Assembly: GCA_046758745.1 (NCBI GenBank)
Contig: JBHIAV010000041.1
Span: 1 to 26,545 of the forward strand
Source of the DNA: Gemmatimonadota bacterium
Lineage (GTDB): Bacteria; Gemmatimonadota; Gemmatimonadetes; Palauibacterales; Palauibacteraceae
Direction: 5' to 3'
DNA: 26,545 nucleotides
A program made the translations under genes and the position numbers. The notes beneath the pieces were generated by a model. That model saw nothing but the letters and a program-made list of their open reading frames with translations. It was not told the origin of the DNA and did not search any database. Below, in pieces: positions 8,686 through 17,799 of this stretch (within the stretch, counting starts at the first letter, position 1; each line of letters starts with the position of its first letter).

Positions 8686-10115
8686 CGGACCTCCCCGCCC
8701 AGCCGTTCCTCGAGCTCCGCCCAGCGGATCAGGTAGTCGTAGCGCTCCTGGAAGAGCTGTTGCTCCGCCAGGGTGAGGCGGTCGATCGCCTGCTGCAGGT
8801 TGAAGTACGGGATGCTTCCCAGGCGGTACTGCTGGCGCGCCAGATCGAGCCGTTCCCGCGCCAGCTCCAGGTTTCGCTCGATGAGCTCGAGGCGGCGCGA
8901 CCGGCGCCGAATCTCGGCCACCAGGTCCCGTACATCCTTCTCGAGGCGGTGCCGGGTGTCCGTCAGATCCGCCTCGGACTGGCGGAGCCGCTGGCTCGCC
9001 TCGGCCGTCTGCCGCTTTCGGGCAAACCCGTTGAACAGGCTCCACGACCCGGTGATCGACAGGTTCCGGTTCGTGTTGTCGGGGCTGAAGTTGAAGAGCG
9101 CGTCGCCGGGGCCGAGCTGCTCGCTCCGGCTAAACGAGAGGCTCGCGGTGAAGCGAGGGAGGAAGCTCGCGCGCGCCGCCCACACGGACGCAGAGGCGGC
9201 CGCCCTGTCGCTCTCCCGGGCCCGGAGACCCGGGTTGCTCCGCATCGCGCGCCCCACCAGAAGCTCGGCATCCAGCGAGCCGGCGTCGGGGAGCTCCTCC
9301 ACGTCGCGCAACACCGGCGAAGCGGGCTCTTCCGTCGGATCTATGCCGAGAAGCACCTGGAGCGAGCGAAGCGCCGCGGCCCGCGCATCACGCGCATCGA
9401 ACAGCCTCAGCTCGGCATCGCTCGCATCGATCTGCGCCCCCAGCAGGTCGCTCCTCGAGGCGGCGGCGATCCGGTACCGCCGCGCCGTGATCTCCTGGTC
9501 CTGCCGGCGGGACTCGAGCTGCCGCTCCGCCACCTCGACGAGTCGCTGCTGCTTGAGCGCCTCGAAGTACGCCTGCTTCACATCGCGGATCACCCTGCGC
9601 TCGGCCTCGGTGAGCCGCAGGAACGCGGCCTCCTCGCTCGCCGCCCCGCTCTTCAGGTTTGCGACGTTCTCCAGCTCGAAAAGGGAGAGGCCTAGGGTGA
9701 GCGCCTGGCTCGCCGACTTGCTGGTGCTCTTGATCGGCTCGTCGAGGCGCTGTGACACACCTTCAGGAGAAAGGAAGGTGACGTTGGTGAATTTATTGCT
9801 GGTAAAAGAGATGGACGTGGTCGCCGTCGGAAGGAACGCCCCCCAGTCCGCCCACCGCGCGGAAGCCGCCGCGGCGGCGGCGGCGCTGGCAGACTCGATA
9901 GACGGGTTGCGGGCGAGAGCGGTGTGCAGCGCGTCCTCGAGGCTCAGGACCCGCTGCGCGGGAGCGGGGGCCACGAGGGCGACGAGGAGGCCGGCCGCGA
10001 GTACGGCCGCGCGGCGCCGGAGAGAGCCTGTGCGGTCGGCGGCGAAGGCGGCCACCGCGGGGTGAGCCCGGGCCGTCGTCGAGCCGGCGTCGCGCCGCCG
10101 TCCCGCCTCCTTCAC
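8682..10115 (-). CDS. TolC-family outer membrane efflux protein
   Basis: Signal peptide ending APAPA-Q; LSLEDALHTALARNPSI; two OEP repeats (AFLPTAT... and SFLPRFTAS...WSLFNGF); RYRIAAAS and QYRLGSI motifs. GTG overlaps the adaptor stop (GTGA). Confidence 0.92.
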   Translation of the reverse strand: MKEAGRRRDAGSTTARAHPAVAAFAADRTGSLRRRAAVLAAGLLVALVAPAPAQRVLSLEDALHTALARNPSIESASAAAAAAASARWADWGAFLPTATTSISFTSNKFTNVTFLSPEGVSQRLDEPIKSTSKSASQALTLGLSLFELENVANLKSGAASEEAAFLRLTEAERRVIRDVKQAYFEALKQQRLVEVAERQLESRRQDQEITARRYRIAAASRSDLLGAQIDASDAELRLFDARDARAAALRSLQVLLGIDPTEEPASPVLRDVEELPDAGSLDAELLVGRAMRSNPGLRARESDRAAASASVWAARASFLPRFTASLSFSRSEQLGPGDALFNFSPDNTNRNLSITGSWSLFNGFARKRQTAEASQRLRQSEADLTDTRHRLEKDVRDLVAEIRRRSRRLELIERNLELARERLDLARQQYRLGSIPYFNLQQAIDRLTLAEQQLFQERYDYLIRWAELEERLGGEVR

Positions 10116-11305
10116 GAACCCCCCTCCCCCGCGACGATCTCCACCTCCACTCGTGCGTCGTGGGTCAGGGTGGTGTGGCCGCCCACCAGCACGATCTCGC
10201 CCGGCTCGATCATCTCCGTCTCATCGGAGGGGATGATCTCCACCGACTCCTCGTTCTCGAGGCCGGTGGTCACGTAGCGCCATTTCGCCAGCCCGCTCGT
10301 CGAGCCCCCCGAGTCGGGCTCGAACACGAAGACGACCTCTCGCCGGCTCCGCTCGACGATGGCTTCCTTGGGAACGAAGGTGCGGTCGGCGAAGAGGCGG
10401 CCGGCGATGCGGACGTTGGCGTGCATGCCGGGCAGGATCCGCGCTTCCGGGTTGCTGAGCCGCACCGTCACCCGCCCGACGTGCGTCGACGGATCGACCA
10501 CCGGATTGATCGTCACCACGTGGCCGGGGAAGCGCTCCCCGGGGAGGGCCGTGAAGCGGACGGTCGCCTCCCGGCCCACCTCGAGAGCCGCCAGCTCGCC
10601 CTCGAGCACCTGCACGTCGACGTCCAGCCGAGAGAGGTCCACGACCGTCACCACCGAGTCCCCGACCGAGAGCCGCGAGCCCTCGGCGACCACCAGGTTG
10701 GCTACCCGTCCCGCGAACGGCGCCCGGATCTCCGTCTTGGCCAGGTCGCGTCGTGCTTGCTCCAGCTTCGCTTCGGCCCCGGCCAGCCCGCTCCGGATGC
10801 GCGCCTGCCGCTGGCGCTCGGCCCGAAGCTCTTCGTCCGCGATCCGGTCATCCCCCAGCGTGAGGTCCTGGAAGTCGGCCTGCGCCCGTTCCAGCTCGGC
10901 CTCCGCCTGCCGGAGCGCCAGCTCGTACTCCGTCGGATCGATGCGGACCAGGAGCCCCCGCCTGCGGACGAAGTCGCCCTCCTGGACTACCACCCGCGTG
11001 ACAGGCCCTGCCACCTCGGCGTCGATCGGCGCCGACCGCAAGGCGGCCGCCTGCCCCTCCGCGTTCACCCACATGACGAAGGTGCCGCGCCGCGCCCGCG
11101 TGCCCTCGACGGGAACCGCCACGCGTGTGGCGAAGGCGGATGCGGCGGCGGTCGCTCGGGCGGCCGCCCGCGCCGAATCGACGACGGCGCTCTCCCCCTC
11201 CTCCTCGTCGGCCGCCTTCGCCCCTCGCAGGCGCAGAAGGACCCCGCCGAGCAGCGCGCCCCCGATCAGGAAAACCATGAGCGTCACCAGATATCGCGAT
11301 TTCAT
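10112..11305 (-). CDS. RND periplasmic adaptor (membrane fusion protein)
   Basis: N-terminal TM; lipoyl halves AEVAGPVTRVVVQEGDFV and TEIRAPFAGRV around an alpha-hairpin; INPVVD; ILPGMHA; VPKEAIV; YVTTGLEN. Confidence 0.93.
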   Translation of the reverse strand: MKSRYLVTLMVFLIGGALLGGVLLRLRGAKAADEEEGESAVVDSARAAARATAAASAFATRVAVPVEGTRARRGTFVMWVNAEGQAAALRSAPIDAEVAGPVTRVVVQEGDFVRRRGLLVRIDPTEYELALRQAEAELERAQADFQDLTLGDDRIADEELRAERQRQARIRSGLAGAEAKLEQARRDLAKTEIRAPFAGRVANLVVAEGSRLSVGDSVVTVVDLSRLDVDVQVLEGELAALEVGREATVRFTALPGERFPGHVVTINPVVDPSTHVGRVTVRLSNPEARILPGMHANVRIAGRLFADRTFVPKEAIVERSRREVVFVFEPDSGGSTSGLAKWRYVTTGLENEESVEIIPSDETEMIEPGEIVLVGGHTTLTHDARVEVEIVAGEGGS

Positions 11306-11493
11306 ATCGGAGCCGTCTCGATGTGTGTACGGCCGTCGCCGAGCGTTCGCGATCCCGGGGAGACATGCATCGCGGGCATCATTCTCCCCTCAAGACCGAA
11401 GCGCGGGCCCTGCTCGTTCCGGTCCACCCCTGCGGGACATCGGCCGCATTCTCCCACACCGCCCCTTTCCTGCCGTCCGATCCCTATCCTGAA

Positions 11494-11515
11494 GATGCCG
11501 CGCCACGCCGGCATC
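11494..11515 (-). terminator. Stem-loop downstream of the antiporter (possible terminator or pause site)
   Basis: GATGCCG-N8-CGGCATC inverted repeat about 25 nt after the stop; no real U-tract. Confidence 0.3.
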
Positions 11516-11539
11516 CTGCAGTGCCGGACTCCTGCCCTC

Positions 11540-12664
11540 CTACACTGGAAGGAAGTAGAAGGCGATCGCGAAGATGAGATAGACCGCGAGCAGCTGCACC
11601 CCCTCCATCCAGTTGGACTCCCCGTCCTGCGCCACGAAGGCCATGATCCCGACGGAGAGCGCGACGGCCACGACCTCGAAGGTCGTGAAACGAAGGTCCA
11701 TAGGGTTCGGTCCGATCACGTAGCTGAGGAAGACGAGGAGGGGGGCGACCAGGAGCGCGATCTGGATAGACGAACCGATCGCGATGTGGACCGCCAGATC
11801 CATCCTGTTCTTCAGCGCCATCAGAACGGCCGTCGAGTGCTCGGCGGCGTTGCCGATCACGGCGACGAGAATCACCCCGACGAACACCTCGCTCATCCCG
11901 AGCGATCGCGCCGCCCCCTCCACCGCGCCCACCAGGAGTTCGCTCATCCACCCGACGAGCGCCGCCGAGACGACGAGAAGGAGGAGAGGCCTCGCAGCAC
12001 CGGCGCCCTTCCCCACGGCCCCGATCCCGTCCCCGGACGCCTCGTCTCGCCGCCCCCCGACCCGACCCACGAACAGGTAGGCGTGCGTCTTCAGGCTGAA
12101 CAGGAGACTCAGGAGATAGGTGGCGAACAGCACCACGGCGATCTCCAGGCCCAGGCCCTTCTCGAGCAGCTCGTGCCCCGACCCCGCAATGGCGTGAAAG
12201 ATCGCCGGGACCACGAGACCGATGGCGCTCAGCACGAGGAGCGTTGAGGCGAGACTGGCCGCCGTCCGGTTGAATCGCTGCAACGGGTGCCTGAGGCCGC
12301 CAAGCAAGGCGCTGAGGCCGAAGACCAGCAGCACGTTGCCGATGATCGAGCCGGTAAGCGAAGCCTTCACCAGATCGTGCAGACCGGCGCGGAGGGCCAT
12401 GACCGCGATGATCAGCTCCGCGGCGTTCCCGAACGTCGCGGTGAGCAGCCCGCCGAGCCCCTCTCCCACCCGCTCGGCGAGGCGCTCGGTCGCGCGACCG
12501 ATGAGACCGGCGAGCGGAATGATCGCCAGCGACGAGGTGAGGAAGACGGCCGTCGGCCCCGCACTGAAACCGTACCGGAGGAGCGCCGCCACCGGGATGA
12601 AGACGAGCAGCCAGTCGAGCGCATTCTCGAGGGCGAGCGAGCGTCTCAAAGCGACTCCTGCCAC
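11540..12664 (-). CDS. cax: Calcium/proton exchanger (CaCA family, Cax type)
   Basis: Both alpha-repeats present ([11 protein letters not shown] and AVIGNAAEH); [31 protein letters not shown]; about 11 TMs. Confidence 0.93.
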   Translation of the reverse strand: MAGVALRRSLALENALDWLLVFIPVAALLRYGFSAGPTAVFLTSSLAIIPLAGLIGRATERLAERVGEGLGGLLTATFGNAAELIIAVMALRAGLHDLVKASLTGSIIGNVLLVFGLSALLGGLRHPLQRFNRTAASLASTLLVLSAIGLVVPAIFHAIAGSGHELLEKGLGLEIAVVLFATYLLSLLFSLKTHAYLFVGRVGGRRDEASGDGIGAVGKGAGAARPLLLLVVSAALVGWMSELLVGAVEGAARSLGMSEVFVGVILVAVIGNAAEHSTAVLMALKNRMDLAVHIAIGSSIQIALLVAPLLVFLSYVIGPNPMDLRFTTFEVVAVALSVGIMAFVAQDGESNWMEGVQLLAVYLIFAIAFYFLPV

Positions 12665-12993
12665 GGTGCGCGGGGTTTCCGGCTCTCCCGCCGACCGGCT
12701 GCCGAGGGGCGCGAGGGCAGCCTCTCCGGCCGCAGGCTACGCGGCGGCTCCGAGAGCCGCAATGAAGAGATCCGTGGGAAGAACTCCCTGCCCGTTTCTC
12801 TACCGAGAGGGAGGGAGCGGAGGTGCCAGCGGACCCGAAGACGGAGAGGCGGCGGAGCCGGGTGTCGTACGTGATCAGGGAGTCGCGGCCGGAGATGCGC
12901 GAGCCAGGCAGGCGAGTGACGTCGATCCCGTCTTCCCCCTCCGGGTGCCCGCCCCCCCGGCCGCCGTGGCCGCACAGCGCGTCGTCAGCGTAG

Positions 12994-13064
12994 AGGCGCC
13001 GTCCGGATTCGAACCGGAGTAGGGGGCTTTGCAGGCCCCTGCCTGACCGCTCGGCCACGGCGCC
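12994..13064 (-). tRNA. tRNA-Cys (GCA)
   Basis: GGCGCCG/CGGCGCC acceptor stem with U73; D-arm GCC-GAGCGGTCA-GGC; anticodon arm GGGGC-CTGCAAA-GCCCC; T-arm TCCGG-TTCGAAT-CCGGA. Followed by CTA, so CCA is not encoded. Confidence 0.97.
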
Positions 13065-13077
13065 CTCGGGGGAAGAA

Positions 13078-13106
13078 AGGGTAACCAGTGAGAACGGAAC
13101 GGTAAA
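13078..13106 (-). promoter_or_regulatory. Putative sigma70 promoter for tRNA-Cys
   Basis: Minus strand TTTACC-17 nt-TACCCT; the -10 element ends 13 nt upstream of the tRNA. Confidence 0.55.
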
Positions 13107-13120
13107 GCCCCGGTGCCGGC

Positions 13121-13150
13121 TTGTGCCCTTCCCTCGCCCCTCTCTATACT
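13121..13150 (+). promoter_or_regulatory. Putative sigma70 promoter for the 13222 gene (divergent from the tRNA promoter)
   Basis: TTGTGC-18 nt-TATACT. Confidence 0.55.
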
Positions 13151-13221
13151 GCGCGGCGATTCGCGCCGGTCAAAGCGACGGGCGGTGACCTCTGCCGCCT
13201 TCCCCGCATCTGAGGATCGCA

Positions 13222-15024
13222 TTGGAGAATCGGAGCTCGCTCCCCTTCGCCTCCGGCCCTCCCACCCGGCTCGTCCGCGTCGTCCTCGCTTTCGCACTCG
13301 CCTCGCTCCTGCTCGCTTCTCCCGATGAGGCGAGCGCACAGGAGCGGGGCGATGACGCCCGGATCCCGGCGGGAGGCGAGCTGTGGATCGAGATCTTCCC
13401 GACGTTCGAAGACTGGCACGAGCAGTTCGCAAGGAGCAGCCCGTTGCCTGGACTGTCGGACGGGGACAGCGAGCCGCTCACGGCGGACTTCGACGGGCCG
13501 GTGGTGGATCGGCTCTTTCCAGGGGTGGCACCGCTCCTCGCCGACCTGAACGCCGACGCCGTGGCACTCGGTTTCGACTCCCTGACCGCGGCCGACGTCT
13601 CCCTGGGAGTTCTGGACTTTCGGAACATCGACGTGGACGTGCGGCGCGTGCCCTTCGCCCTCCGGTACGGGGTGCACGATCGAGTCTCCGTCGAAGTGGT
13701 GGCTCCCCTCGTGCTCACCGAGGTCGAGCCCTTCTTTTCCTTTGACTCGACGCTGGCGACGCTGATCGACTCCCGCTCCGCCGTGACCGATGCGGGGCTC
13801 TTCTTCCCGGCTTTACAGGCGGCCATCGACCAGCTGCAGCTCCTCCGGGACAGCGGAACCCTGAGTTCAGAGGGCGAGGCGACGGCGGACGCGCTGTTGG
13901 AGAGCTCGGCCGCTTTCGAGACGGCCCTGTCGCGGCGGGTCGGCATGGGCGCTCTCCTCCCCCACGCCGGCACGCGGGCCGGATTGCAGATCGCCACGCG
14001 CTTCGCTTCCCTCGAGGGCGGTTTCGCCGGATTCGGGATCGGATTCCCGAGCCTGGCGATCCCGGCGTTCGCGACATCGGCCGACCTCGATGGCTACCTC
14101 ACGGGCTCGCCCGTGGGCGGCGAGGTCCTCGCCGTCACGGAGCGAGGGTGGGACATCGGTGAGCTCCAGATCGGCATCCGGCTCGGCCTTCTCGACACCT
14201 TCGGCCGGCCGAGGACTCGTCCCGGCGGGCCGGCGGAGGAAGAGGCCCCGGCCGATACGCTCCCCACACCGGCCGACACGCTCCCCGCCCCGGCCGATAC
14301 GCTCCCCGCCGAGCCGGAAGCCACGCACCGGGAGGCCGGCGGCGAGGCCGTCCCCACGGCCCGGGAGGCGAGCGCCCCGGAGCGATCCGGCCTGCGGGTG
14401 CGCACCACGATCGGAGCCAAGCTCCTGCTCCCGCTCCGCGACGCAGACCGTGTACCGTTCCTCGCCCCGGAGAACTTCCTCGGCGTCCCGATCGGCGACG
14501 GCCAGCGCGATGTGGAGCTCGCCCTCTACCAGGACATCCAGCTCGGCTCGAAGCTCCTCTTTGTCGGTGTCGTCCGATACGGGATCCAGCTCGCCGACGA
14601 GCTGACGCGCCGGGTGGCGCCGCCCGATCGCCCGTTTGCGTTCGCTTCCACACAGGTCGTGGTGGAGCGCGACCTGGGCGACTACCTGGCGCTCCGCCTC
14701 TCGCCCCGGCTGACCCTCAACGACGTGGTCTCGTTCGGCGTGGAATACAGCCTGTGGGACAAGGGTAGGGACTCCTACCGGCTGCTCTCGGGCGGGGACG
14801 GCGTCGCTTCCGCCGCGCCGCTCGAGCTCGAAACGGCGGAGACGCGGCACCGTCTCGGCATCGGGGTGTTCTACCGAACGACCGGCCTCGTAGAGGAGGG
14901 CCGCGCGCGTCTGCCCATCGAGCTGCACTTCATCTTCCAGACGGCCATCGCGGGCTCCGGCGGGCAGACGCCGGTCTCCTCGCTCATCTCGACCGGTCTG
15001 CGCGTCCCGATCTCCCTCTTCTGA
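13222..15024 (+). CDS. Hypothetical secreted protein, probable outer-membrane beta-barrel
   Basis: 600-aa ORF with normal composition; signal peptide RLVRVVLAFALASLLLASPDEASA-Q; many alternating-hydrophobic strands (VPFALRYGV, LQIGIRLGL, VELALYQDI, FGVEYSLW, HRLGIGVFY); C-terminal Phe. TTG start uncertain. Confidence 0.8.
   Translation: MENRSSLPFASGPPTRLVRVVLAFALASLLLASPDEASAQERGDDARIPAGGELWIEIFPTFEDWHEQFARSSPLPGLSDGDSEPLTADFDGPVVDRLFPGVAPLLADLNADAVALGFDSLTAADVSLGVLDFRNIDVDVRRVPFALRYGVHDRVSVEVVAPLVLTEVEPFFSFDSTLATLIDSRSAVTDAGLFFPALQAAIDQLQLLRDSGTLSSEGEATADALLESSAAFETALSRRVGMGALLPHAGTRAGLQIATRFASLEGGFAGFGIGFPSLAIPAFATSADLDGYLTGSPVGGEVLAVTERGWDIGELQIGIRLGLLDTFGRPRTRPGGPAEEEAPADTLPTPADTLPAPADTLPAEPEATHREAGGEAVPTAREASAPERSGLRVRTTIGAKLLLPLRDADRVPFLAPENFLGVPIGDGQRDVELALYQDIQLGSKLLFVGVVRYGIQLADELTRRVAPPDRPFAFASTQVVVERDLGDYLALRLSPRLTLNDVVSFGVEYSLWDKGRDSYRLLSGGDGVASAAPLELETAETRHRLGIGVFYRTTGLVEEGRARLPIELHFIFQTAIAGSGGQTPVSSLISTGLRVPISLF
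14248..14310. repeat. In-frame 21-bp tandem repeat x3 (PADTLP[T/A])
   Basis: CCGGCCGAYACGCTCCCC(ACA/GCC) at 14248, 14269 and 14290. Confidence 0.95.
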
Positions 15025-16708
15025 CGACCGCCGCGTCTGCACCTGCGGTCGCGCCGGTGGCCAGCAGCTCCTCGGCGTGCCGACGGGACACGCCGCTCCC
15101 CGGATCTCCCCCCAGCAGCCTGGCCACTTCTTCGACCCGCTCGGCCGCCGCCAGCCGAGCGACTCGGGCGGAGACCCGACCTCCTCGCTCCACCTTCTCG
15201 ACCCGAAGGTGCTCCCGGGCGCGGGACGCGATCTGCGGGAGGTGGGTGATCACGAACACCTGGTGGCGCTCCGCCACCGAGTGCAGCCGCTCGGCCACGC
15301 GGTGCGCCACCTCGCCGCCCACGCCGGCGTCGATCTCGTCGAACACCAGGCAGGGCACCCGATCCACTGCCGCGAGCACGGTCTTGATCGCGAGCATCAC
15401 GCGGCTCAGCTCGCCACCCGACGCCACGCGGGCGAGCGGAGCCGGCTCGAAGCCGGGATTCAAGGCGATTCGGAACTCGACTCGTTCCGCGCCGGCGGCG
15501 CCTGGTTCGGCGAGCGGCTCGAGCTCCACGCGGAAGCGCCCGGCGACCATTCCGAGCTCAGGGAGGACGCCGGCAACCTCTTTCCCCAGTCGGGCAGCCG
15601 CCCTCTGCCGCGCGGCCGTCAACCTCGCGGCCAGTTCGAGGAAAGCGGCGCGGGCCACGCTCTCCTTCTTCTCGAGGGCTCGGATCTCGGTCTCCGAGCT
15701 GTCCAGCGCAGCGAGCGCCTCCCGCGCCGACCGGCCCGCCGCGATCACCTCCTCCAGCGTGCCGCGGTACTTGCTCTTCAGGCGGAACAGCAGGTCCAGG
15801 CGCTCACGAATCGCCTCCAGGCGCCGCGGCTCGTGATCGACCGACTCACGGTACGCGCCGAGGCGTCGGCCGAGCTCCTCCAGGGCGCGAAGCGCCGTCT
15901 CCCACAGATCTCCGAGCTCCGCCGTTTCCGAGTCGATGCGGCCAAGGTTTTCGAGAGGCCGCCGTAGATCGCCCACGCGTTCGACCACCGACGCGTCGCC
16001 CTCGTACACCGCCTCGTGGAGCGACGCAGACAGGGAGCGGAGCTCCTCGGAGTGCTCGAGCCGCTTCGCCTCCGCCGCCAACCGCTCGTCCTCCCCGGGA
16101 ACGAGTCGGGCTTTCTCGATCTCCTCGGCGCGGAAGCGCAGGTCATCGGCTCGCTCCCACGTGCGTTCGGCCCGCCGGCGCGTCTCTTCGATCGCCCGCC
16201 GCAGCGCGGCGAGCTCGCTGTGGGCGCGGCGCACCTCGGCGGCCAGCTCGCCCTCGCCCGCGTAGGCATCGAGGATCTCCCGCTGGGCTTCCCGCCGAAG
16301 CAGGGCCTGGTGCTCGTGCTGCCCATGCAGCTCGACGAGCTCGGCGCCCAAATCCCCGAGCAGCCCGGCGGTCGCGGGAGAACCGTTCACCCACGCCCGG
16401 CTGCGTCCCTCGCGCACCTCGCGCCGCAGGATCAGCCATCCATCCTCCGGCTGGATTCCGACCGCGCGCAACCGCTCCGCGACCGCCCCGTGCCGCGTCA
16501 CATCGAAGGAGCCCTCGACGAGCGCCCGGTCTTCTCCGGCGCGAACGACCTCCGCCGAGGCCCGCTCGCCCAGGAGGAGGGAGAGGGCGCCCACGATGAT
16601 CGACTTCCCCGCACCCGTCTCCCCGGTGAGGACGTTCAGCCCCGGTCCCAGCTCGAGGGTCAGGTCGTCGATGACGGCGTAGTTCCGGATGCGAAGCTCT
16701 CTCAGCAT
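14984..16708 (-). CDS. recN: DNA repair protein RecN
   Basis: MLRELRIRNYAVIDDL; Walker A TGETGAGKS; ELHGQHEHQ; long coiled coil; ASGGELSRVML; Walker B LVFDEIDAGVGG; ITHLPQIA. Confidence 0.97.
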   Translation of the reverse strand: MLRELRIRNYAVIDDLTLELGPGLNVLTGETGAGKSIIVGALSLLLGERASAEVVRAGEDRALVEGSFDVTRHGAVAERLRAVGIQPEDGWLILRREVREGRSRAWVNGSPATAGLLGDLGAELVELHGQHEHQALLRREAQREILDAYAGEGELAAEVRRAHSELAALRRAIEETRRRAERTWERADDLRFRAEEIEKARLVPGEDERLAAEAKRLEHSEELRSLSASLHEAVYEGDASVVERVGDLRRPLENLGRIDSETAELGDLWETALRALEELGRRLGAYRESVDHEPRRLEAIRERLDLLFRLKSKYRGTLEEVIAAGRSAREALAALDSSETEIRALEKKESVARAAFLELAARLTAARQRAAARLGKEVAGVLPELGMVAGRFRVELEPLAEPGAAGAERVEFRIALNPGFEPAPLARVASGGELSRVMLAIKTVLAAVDRVPCLVFDEIDAGVGGEVAHRVAERLHSVAERHQVFVITHLPQIASRAREHLRVEKVERGGRVSARVARLAAAERVEEVARLLGGDPGSGVSRRHAEELLATGATAGADAAVVRRGRSGRADRSR

Positions 16709-16896
16709 GCGTGCGGCCGGCCGCTCCGGTCCGCCGCTCCCCCCTTCCCTGCCGGGCCCCGGCGGCAGCGGCGTCCGCCGTCAGCGCCCGTGTCCGCCGG
16801 CGGGCGCCACTCCGGTCCCCCGGCAGGAGCCGCTTCCGGTCTCCCGCAGAGGTGATGGGGGAGCCTCAACTGCCTCTCAACTCATGCATTGCATCT

Positions 16897-17799
16897 TCAC
16901 ATTTCGATGGGCCTTACATCTCCCCATCGAAGCTTCTGTCTCAGCACCGAGAAGAAGCTGTGTCCGGGAAGGCGGAGGAGGCGTATCGGGTGAGGCGAGC
17001 GCGCGGTCCGCACCCGATCACCCGCGGCCAACGGGCTCCCCACTTGACCGTCCACGGTAAGCACGATCCAGTCGCTTCTCGTCACCACCTCGACGGTGAT
17101 GCTCGAGTCGGCCGATACGACCACCGGACGCACGGCCAGGGTGTGCGGGCAGATCGGGGTGGCGACGAGCGCGTCGAGCGTCGGTACGAGGATCGGGCCT
17201 CCGGCGGAGAGGCTGTACGCGGTGGAGCCGGTCGCGGTCGAGATGACGATCCCGTCGGCACTGTACTGCCCGACCTCCTCCTCATCCACCCACACGCGCA
17301 TCGTCATCAGGCGGGCGAAGCCACTCTTGTGCACGACGGCATCGTTCAGCGCGAAGTAGCTGGCCTCGGACTCGCTCTGGTCACCGCTGTCGGTGGCGGC
17401 TCCGGACCGGACCGGCGCCCGCAGCACCTGGACATCCAGCGTGAGTCGGATGTCCTCCGTGTAGTCGCCCTCGACGAGGCGGCGAAGCGCTTCCTCCAGC
17501 CTGTCGAGCGGTGCGGCCGTCATGAACCCGAGCTGGCCGAGGTTGCAGCCGAGCACCGGGATGCCGCACGGTCCAGCAAGGCGCGCACCGCGCAGCAGCG
17601 TGCCGTCGCCGCCCAGGGTGAGCAGGCAGTCGATGCCATCCAGCCGTTCCGGGAGCACCGGAGGCTCGCCGGGCAGAAGCGACTGGAGCTCGCGCGCGTA
17701 CGCCAGCTCGAGCCCGAGGGGAGCAGCCACCCGCTCCACGCGGGAGAGCACCTCCCCGAGCGCCGGGTAGGCCGGAGTCCCGAGCACGCCGAGTCGCAT
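16897..17799 (-). CDS. nadK: NAD(+)/NADH kinase
   Basis: LGGDGTLL; NLGQLGFM; ALNDAVV; ADGIVISTATGSTAYSLSAGGP; TPICPHTL; VDGQ. Confidence 0.96.
   Translation of the reverse strand: MRLGVLGTPAYPALGEVLSRVERVAAPLGLELAYARELQSLLPGEPPVLPERLDGIDCLLTLGGDGTLLRGARLAGPCGIPVLGCNLGQLGFMTAAPLDRLEEALRRLVEGDYTEDIRLTLDVQVLRAPVRSGAATDSGDQSESEASYFALNDAVVHKSGFARLMTMRVWVDEEEVGQYSADGIVISTATGSTAYSLSAGGPILVPTLDALVATPICPHTLAVRPVVVSADSSITVEVVTRSDWIVLTVDGQVGSPLAAGDRVRTARSPHPIRLLRLPGHSFFSVLRQKLRWGDVRPIEM

Noticed and set aside
11306..11490. Promoter or operator for the efflux operon (CATTCTCCC occurs twice)
   Set aside because: The two copies are about 70 nt apart, and I could not place a convincing -35/-10 pair or palindrome.
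1..12993. Genomic island integrated at tRNA-Cys
   Set aside because: No integrase, no duplicated tRNA 3' end seen in the window, and no obvious compositional shift; an att site outside the window cannot be excluded.
11484..13058. 524-aa minus-strand ORF
   Set aside because: Starts inside tRNA-Cys and runs out of frame over the antiporter; low-complexity translation.
16877..16900. Mini-ORF (M)KMQCMS* overlapping the nadK stop (GTGA)
   Set aside because: Ends about 170 nt before recN and bridges nothing; a counter-example showing such overlaps also occur without a relay.
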